From assembly GCA_050950825.1 (NCBI GenBank), contig JBMNIH010000004.1:64001-128000 (forward strand): a stretch of 64,000 nt of DNA. Direction: 5' to 3'. Both the position numbers and the translations under genes were made by a program. Positions 58,633-64,000 of this stretch are shown here, in pieces. The stretch's first letter is position 1, and every line of letters begins with the position of its first letter. This DNA is from Clostridia bacterium. Its GTDB lineage: Bacteria; Bacillota; Clostridia; JAAYHZ01. The notes below the pieces were generated by a model. It saw nothing but the letters and a program-made list of their open reading frames with translations. It searched no databases and was not told where the DNA came from.

Positions 58633-61071
58633 TTATATTTCGATTACTTCTCCGCCCGCCTTGACGGTAATTCCTTCAAGATTTCCGTAAAGGGTTTTCA
58701 CGTTGTACTCCGGTTTGCCGGTTTGCGGGTTCCGTTTTTGCTCGAATATTCCCCAGGCTTTGCCGCAGCTGAAGAAGCACCGGAAATCCTCTTTGTTGAT
58801 AACCGGGTTGAATTCGATAACTCCTTCAACCAAGTCAAACTTGTATCCGCACAACGCGATCAACAAACCCCAGCTTGACATGGATCGGACGTAATGGTGT
58901 CCGCATTCCACTTCATTCCAAGGATTTCTTTTGAATCCGTCGTGGCGGTCCCGAACGGCTTTGACGATCTCCAAGCCTTCGTTTATAAATCCTTCGAAAA
59001 TCAAATGAGCCGCCACCTGGTACTCGAAGCCGGTCCAAACCTCGTCGCAATAGACAAAGGGGAATTTGGGCCTTCCGCCTTTGGGCCAAGTGCAAAGAAC
59101 CAAGCCTTGTTCGTCGTTGAGGGCATAGGTCCTTTGTACGTTGTGGTGGTCGGAAAGGTCTTTAAAGAAGTTGTATTTGTATATGGAATGGACGGCTTTT
59201 TTTACATGCTCTTCGGGAAGGATATAGCCCAATCCGACGATATGGGAGTTCAATTGTCCTAGAAGCTGATCGGACAAGCAGCCTTTCCCGTACTGGTATT
59301 TGTACCGATTCACATCGTCAATGACCTGGATGTAGTATTCTCCGTTCCATAAAAGAGCGTCCATTTTTTTAGAGCCTTCTTGAAGGGCTTTTTCGAATTT
59401 TTGCTTGCTTTCGAAATCTCCCATGGCTTCCGCCATTTTTGCACCGGCCTTTAGCGCTCCGTAGAACATGGAATTCGTGAGGCTGTTGGGACCGTAAAAT
59501 TCAATATCGTAGGTATTGTGCTGTTGGCTGTCCAAGACGAAATCGCCGTCCTTGTCCCAGTAGGTAAATGCAAAATCCAAAGCTTTTTTCGCGTTGTCCC
59601 ATACGGATTCCAAAAGCTTTCGGTCTCCGCTGAATTTCCAATCCCGATACAGCCGTATAATGCAGCCTAGCTGGCCGTCTGCGGCAGGGTGGTAACGGTG
59701 GGCGCTGCCGAAAAGCTTCATGGTTCGAAAAGCCATTTTGCCGTCTTCTTCCGTCTCCACGTTAAATTCCGTTCTTCGCATATCCTTTTCCAAGTCCGGG
59801 TACAAAAAGGCCAAGGTCTGGGCATAGTTCCATACGTGGGTGCAGTTGCCTTCGCAGCAGCCGGATTGGTCGAAGCAGCCTTCGTAGCCGAAAAACTTCC
59901 CGTTTTTTAATCGGAAGCAAGTGGTACTGCGAAGAACGGTCATGTTGCTTGCAATGGCGTCAACGACAAAGGGAGGAAGAGAGCTTTCGAACAAAGCCTT
60001 GTGAAAATCCGAAGTGGCTTTATACAAACGGTCGAAGTTTTCAATCATGTACTCCGCTACATGCCAGGAGCTTTTGAAAAGATTGGCATAGTAGTTTTGG
60101 GTAATTTTGCATTCGCATCGGGGACCGCAGCATTCTTGGCTCCAGCCTTCCATGCGGTTGGGAAAATACCAAGTGAGGAGAAACAAAAAATCCTTGCTTT
60201 CTCCCCCTTCCAATGTGTCGGATACGGCCATGCTCCCGATTTTCGCTAACCTGTTGTTTTCTTCATAAACGACGGGGTTATCCTCCAGCCTTCCGTCCTC
60301 GGTAAAATCGTCCCACATGTCGTGGATGCCGTCCCACCAGTCCTTATGCATCCAGTGGGTTTTGTATGTTACCTTTGGAGCGGTGGTAACAACGGACAAA
60401 TTCCCGTATTTCAAATCCTTTTCCGAAAGCTTGGTATTGGTTAAAAAAAGTCCGGAAAAGCCTTTCCCTCGGCGAAATTCGTTGATATTTCCTTCGGGGA
60501 AGCTCCTTGTCAGGTTTTCAAACCGATCGTACCCTGTAAAACCGACGGGATTCAGCATGGAAGCGGCAATGGACAATTCCGCCTTCTTGTCCGTTTTGTT
60601 TTTTACGCGATACCGAAGTACGGCACAAGGAATGCTCGAGTCGTCGGTATTCAAAGGAATCATGGGGGTAAAGGCTTCCAAAGTGACTTCCACCGGCATT
60701 CTTCGATCCTTCAACGAGATTTCGGCAAAAGGGTATTCTCCTTTGAGCTCGGATTCTTCGAATCGGGGCAGTCCCGCCGTTGTTCCGGAATGAAAGCCGT
60801 GGGATTTGGAAAAGGGAGGGTTGAGCTTGGATTCAAGGACCTTGCAGATAGGGGGTTGTCCTTCCTCTTGGACCCTTATGGCAAAGAAGGAATAATGCAA
60901 AGAAACCCCTTTTCCGGGGACGTTAAATATTTCCCAGTCGCGAAGCTCGCCTCGGGCGCCGACGGATACATTTCCGGTTCCGATGCCCCCCAGCAAAAAG
61001 GCGGCTTCCGTGGCCGTACCGGGAAAGACTCTTTGCTTACCCGGTTTGTGAAGATCATTGGTAATGCTCAT
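58633..61071 (-). CDS. GH116 family glycoside hydrolase (GBA2-like)
   Basis: LGGIGTG, WEIFN, GYEG, NTYD, SDQL.GQ, EVWTG.EY, ECG..Y.R. Confidence 0.9.
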   Translation of the reverse strand: MSITNDLHKPGKQRVFPGTATEAAFLLGGIGTGNVSVGARGELRDWEIFNVPGKGVSLHYSFFAIRVQEEGQPPICKVLESKLNPPFSKSHGFHSGTTAGLPRFEESELKGEYPFAEISLKDRRMPVEVTLEAFTPMIPLNTDDSSIPCAVLRYRVKNKTDKKAELSIAASMLNPVGFTGYDRFENLTRSFPEGNINEFRRGKGFSGLFLTNTKLSEKDLKYGNLSVVTTAPKVTYKTHWMHKDWWDGIHDMWDDFTEDGRLEDNPVVYEENNRLAKIGSMAVSDTLEGGESKDFLFLLTWYFPNRMEGWSQECCGPRCECKITQNYYANLFKSSWHVAEYMIENFDRLYKATSDFHKALFESSLPPFVVDAIASNMTVLRSTTCFRLKNGKFFGYEGCFDQSGCCEGNCTHVWNYAQTLAFLYPDLEKDMRRTEFNVETEEDGKMAFRTMKLFGSAHRYHPAADGQLGCIIRLYRDWKFSGDRKLLESVWDNAKKALDFAFTYWDKDGDFVLDSQQHNTYDIEFYGPNSLTNSMFYGALKAGAKMAEAMGDFESKQKFEKALQEGSKKMDALLWNGEYYIQVIDDVNRYKYQYGKGCLSDQLLGQLNSHIVGLGYILPEEHVKKAVHSIYKYNFFKDLSDHHNVQRTYALNDEQGLVLCTWPKGGRPKFPFVYCDEVWTGFEYQVAAHLIFEGFINEGLEIVKAVRDRHDGFKRNPWNEVECGHHYVRSMSSWGLLIALCGYKFDLVEGVIEFNPVINKEDFRCFFSCGKAWGIFEQKRNPQTGKPEYNVKTLYGNLEGITVKAGGEVIEI

Positions 61072-61232
61072 TTTTCGACACCTCAAAAATCTTTGTCTAA
61101 ATCAGTTATATCATATGGAAAAAACGGATGCAAGGAACGGCTTCTTTATATACAGGCTCTTAGAAGAGCTTCGTGTTGAACCTTCCGTAGATTTGTAATA
61201 GTATGGATATAGAATATATAGAAGGAGTGTTT

Positions 61233-61748
61233 ATGAACCGCATATTGAAGATCGCCCTCGATTTTATTCTGCTCATCGTCGCCTATTTTCGTTTTTGTTA
61301 TAAGCCTTGGAGAGCAAACGGTAGGAAAACTCTTGTTGTCAATACGCTGATGTACGTCTACCTTTCTTTGGTGCTTTTTGTTACGTTAATGCCTGTCGTC
61401 GCATCGTTGCCGGGTATTTTCAATCACCCTTACAAGCCCATGCAGATGATTCCCTTTGACGACCTGATTCATAAAAGAGGGGACGCTTTACGACAAATCC
61501 TGCTAAATACGGTCATGACGATTCCTTTCGGATTTTTACTGCCCTTGGTGAAAAAGCAAAGCATTTTTACGTGCATTCTTTGGACCTTTCTATTCAGCTT
61601 GGCCATTGAGCTTCTCCAGCCTCTGTTAAACGGCCTTCGCTCGGCGGACGTCACCGACTTGATCACCAATACCGCAGGAGGCATCATCGGATATGCGGGC
61701 TATTTATTATTAAAACCTTATTATCTAAAAATCGAAAAGAAATTTTAA
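61233..61748 (+). CDS. VanZ family membrane protein
   Basis: IPF, N.VMTIPFG, IELLQ, R.ADVTDLITNT.GG. Confidence 0.9.
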   Translation: MNRILKIALDFILLIVAYFRFCYKPWRANGRKTLVVNTLMYVYLSLVLFVTLMPVVASLPGIFNHPYKPMQMIPFDDLIHKRGDALRQILLNTVMTIPFGFLLPLVKKQSIFTCILWTFLFSLAIELLQPLLNGLRSADVTDLITNTAGGIIGYAGYLLLKPYYLKIEKKF

Positions 61749-61823
61749 AATCCGTGTCCGAAAACACGGTTTTTATACGCTTCCTATATATACCGAAAAC
61801 AAAGAATCAAAGGAGATGCGGGG

Positions 61824-62369
61824 TTGAGGATTGAGAATAAAGCATGGGAGGATGCGATCATCGCGCTTTCGAAAGGAGATAAAGAAGCTCTATCGGTTTT
61901 GTATGACTTATCCGCTCGTATGATCTTTTCCACGGCTTTGGGCATAACCGGAAACGTTCATGACGCGGAAGACGTGCTGCAGAACACCATGATGGACATC
62001 ATGAAATACGCTCCTACATACCGAAAAGAAACGAGTCCGAAGGCTTGGATTTTAACGATGGTACGCCACCGTTCCATTGACCTTGTCCGAAAAAGAAAGC
62101 ATACGGTTTCCATGGAAGAGGAGCAAAAGGAGCTTTTTGCCCGTGATCCGAACCCGCTTCGCTTGGAAGTGCTTGATATGCTGGAGGTATTGGACCCGGA
62201 GGATCGGCAAATCGTTCTTTTCCGCCTGTATGTCGGAATGCCGCATAAGGAAATAGCGAAAATCTTAGGGATGAGTGCGGCAGCCGCACAGAAACGATAC
62301 CGAAGAGCCATCAAGAAGCTAAAAACCCGTTATATGGATTCGGAGGTGGATTTGCATGATAAAACGTAG
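61824..62369 (+). CDS. ECF-type RNA polymerase sigma factor
   Basis: DAEDVLQ, AWIL..VR..SID..RK, EIAKILG. Confidence 0.92.
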   Translation: MRIENKAWEDAIIALSKGDKEALSVLYDLSARMIFSTALGITGNVHDAEDVLQNTMMDIMKYAPTYRKETSPKAWILTMVRHRSIDLVRKRKHTVSMEEEQKELFARDPNPLRLEVLDMLEVLDPEDRQIVLFRLYVGMPHKEIAKILGMSAAAAQKRYRRAIKKLKTRYMDSEVDLHDKT

Positions 62370-63855
62370 GATGAAGCGGCTTTTCAAACAGCTGGATGCC
62401 GTACCTCTGCCCGAGAAGGAAAAAATATTGTCGACGGCAGGGGTACAAGGCTTCGATTACGGTGGAGAGGCTAAAAGAACACGAAAATTCTCCCTTAGAC
62501 CGATTGCGGTGCTATGCACGGTATTTCTTTTGTCGGCAGGTGCTTTCTCCGTTTATGCCGTGGCTTCCGAAATGAAGGAATACAACGAAGCCGTTACGTT
62601 TTTTAAAACGTACAATTTATCGAATGAAGACCTTTCCAGAGGAGATATCAAAAGAGTTTACCGAGACATAACGACCGGGACTTTTTCTTATGAAAAAACG
62701 GCGGATGTATTGGAGAAAAGTGCAAGCGTCATGGGATACGAGATCAATCAAGAAAAACCGACGCCCAAGGACGTGGAAAACCTGTGGAACTTTATGAACG
62801 GCAAAGACTCGGGCAATTGGAGCCGATCCGATGACCCGTCCGTTTCGTACCGCTATTATTCCTTGGATAAGCTTGATGAAAAGAAAGAATTTCTTGTACA
62901 TGACAAAAGCGTTTTTGAAAAGTATGAAAACGACCGATTGATATGGACGGCGGAGTTTGAAAAATTTTGGATCGATAATTATACTGCCAACGACAAATAT
63001 ATTCTGGTTTACGGCGTATCTCCCGCTTATTCGACGACGCAAAAAAGATACGCTTGGATGGCCCTTATGGACCAAGAGGGAAAAATTCTTTGGGAAAAAA
63101 TGCTGAACAACGGTTTTTCGTCGGAATATATCGGGGCGGCGATAATTGAAGAGGACGGGGTGACGGTGTTTAGCAGAGGCGATTTGGAGTACCTTTGCAT
63201 GAACCGATTCGACATGAACGGAGAGCGGCAGGTGTTTAATAAAACGGAGGTCGGCAATTACGGCATATGGAACGCCGCCCGATTGGGTAACGGTTATGTG
63301 GTGCAATTGGGGAGCTATACGGAAGGCGAATATTCACGTATCGTAAAGGTGTCCGACAAAGGAGATTTGACGCAGTTCTTCTACTATGAAACCGACGAGG
63401 ACATCCATTACCGCATTACGGATATGACGGAATACGGCGGAGCTTTATTTCTCAGTGCTTATTCCGTTCCTGCTTACCATAGCGGCGGAGGAAGGCTTGA
63501 TATCGCTCCTATCCTCGACTATATTTTTAGCAACAAGCTTTTTGATATTTCAAACGAGGAATTAACCGAACGGGTACGGGACAATTTCACGGCGGTGCTT
63601 TTAAAATGCGACCCCGAAACCGGCGAACCCATGGAGTTTTATTCCGTTAAAGGTTCTTTAGGCGGCAAGCTTTCCGTAAACGATGCGGGCAATCTCGTAT
63701 GGAAGGTGGAAAGCATTACCGATACCTTCTTTTCTCCCTACACATCCGCTTTTACCATAGGAGGAGTAAGCAGCGTATATCGATACACCTTTGATAAAAG
63801 CGGACGATTATCAGGCCAAGAAAAAACGGACGAGACGGTACGGTTTTACCGATGA
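62356..63855 (+). CDS. Putative membrane-anchored anti-sigma factor with a large extracellular beta-rich domain
   Basis: Overlaps the sigma gene; short cytoplasmic N-terminus, one TM (aa ~50-70), ~430-aa C-terminal domain. Confidence 0.7.
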   Translation: MIKRRMKRLFKQLDAVPLPEKEKILSTAGVQGFDYGGEAKRTRKFSLRPIAVLCTVFLLSAGAFSVYAVASEMKEYNEAVTFFKTYNLSNEDLSRGDIKRVYRDITTGTFSYEKTADVLEKSASVMGYEINQEKPTPKDVENLWNFMNGKDSGNWSRSDDPSVSYRYYSLDKLDEKKEFLVHDKSVFEKYENDRLIWTAEFEKFWIDNYTANDKYILVYGVSPAYSTTQKRYAWMALMDQEGKILWEKMLNNGFSSEYIGAAIIEEDGVTVFSRGDLEYLCMNRFDMNGERQVFNKTEVGNYGIWNAARLGNGYVVQLGSYTEGEYSRIVKVSDKGDLTQFFYYETDEDIHYRITDMTEYGGALFLSAYSVPAYHSGGGRLDIAPILDYIFSNKLFDISNEELTERVRDNFTAVLLKCDPETGEPMEFYSVKGSLGGKLSVNDAGNLVWKVESITDTFFSPYTSAFTIGGVSSVYRYTFDKSGRLSGQEKTDETVRFYR

Positions 63856-63954
63856 TAAAAATTTTTTATAAATTTTTCACCTTCGCGAATATTTTCATAG
63901 CTTTCCTGTCTATATGGGTGAGGGGCTTTTTATTGCCGATTAGAGGAGATGCTC

Positions 63955-64000
63955 ATGGAGGACTGTAAAATCATCGAGTTGTATAACGAGAGAAACGAAG
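63955..64000 (+). CDS. Start of a second probable ECF sigma factor (3'-truncated)
   Basis: MEDCKIIELYNERNE resembles the clostridial ECF N-terminus MED..II.LY..R.E; RBS gaggag. Confidence 0.6.
   Translation, partial: MEDCKIIELYNERNE

Noticed and set aside
61233-61748. Glycopeptide resistance cluster
   Set aside because: VanZ-family gene alone; no vanHAX or vanRS nearby.
1-64000. CRISPR array, prophage, integrase, retron or diversity-generating retroelement
   Set aside because: No regularly spaced short repeats and no reverse transcriptase, cas, integrase or phage structural motifs seen.

Overview
This 64-kb window looks like accessory-rich chromosome of a spore-forming Clostridia-type (Bacillota) bacterium, judged from SLH domains, a T-box-controlled tyrS and sporulation-sigma-like promoters. 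The first 20 kb hold two giant surface proteins (>1935 aa, 5'-truncated, and 3663 aa), an S8 lipoprotein peptidase, a ketopantoate reductase and a TetR with a clear operator. Next come an RlmA-like methyltransferase, a BlaI/BlaR-like pair with a non-beta-lactam sensor, a NUDIX-ASCH fusion split by one TAA, and a heterodimeric ABC exporter. A BvgS-like hybrid kinase and a REC-PAS-(degenerate GGDEF)-EAL gene sit behind a ~200-nt structured leader. The middle carries a metal operon with an Fnr/Flp-like box (half-size RIC protein, atypical CPG/HEAS P1B-ATPase, HMA chaperone), a LysR/cation antiporter pair, DUF2935, an XRE-HTH/ADP-ribosylglycohydrolase fusion and feoAB/DtxR. The end has sugar catabolic genes, a DUF3810 gene cleanly interrupted by an IS1182-like element, T-box-tyrS, GH116, VanZ and two tandem ECF sigma modules. 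I saw no rRNA, tRNA, CRISPR array, prophage or reverse transcriptase. All domain calls come from motif recognition by eye, not database searches. The best candidates for undescribed biology are the TetR-controlled giant surface proteins sharing a long beta-rich domain, the XRE-ARH fusion, the kinase leader RNA and the NUDIX-ASCH fusion.
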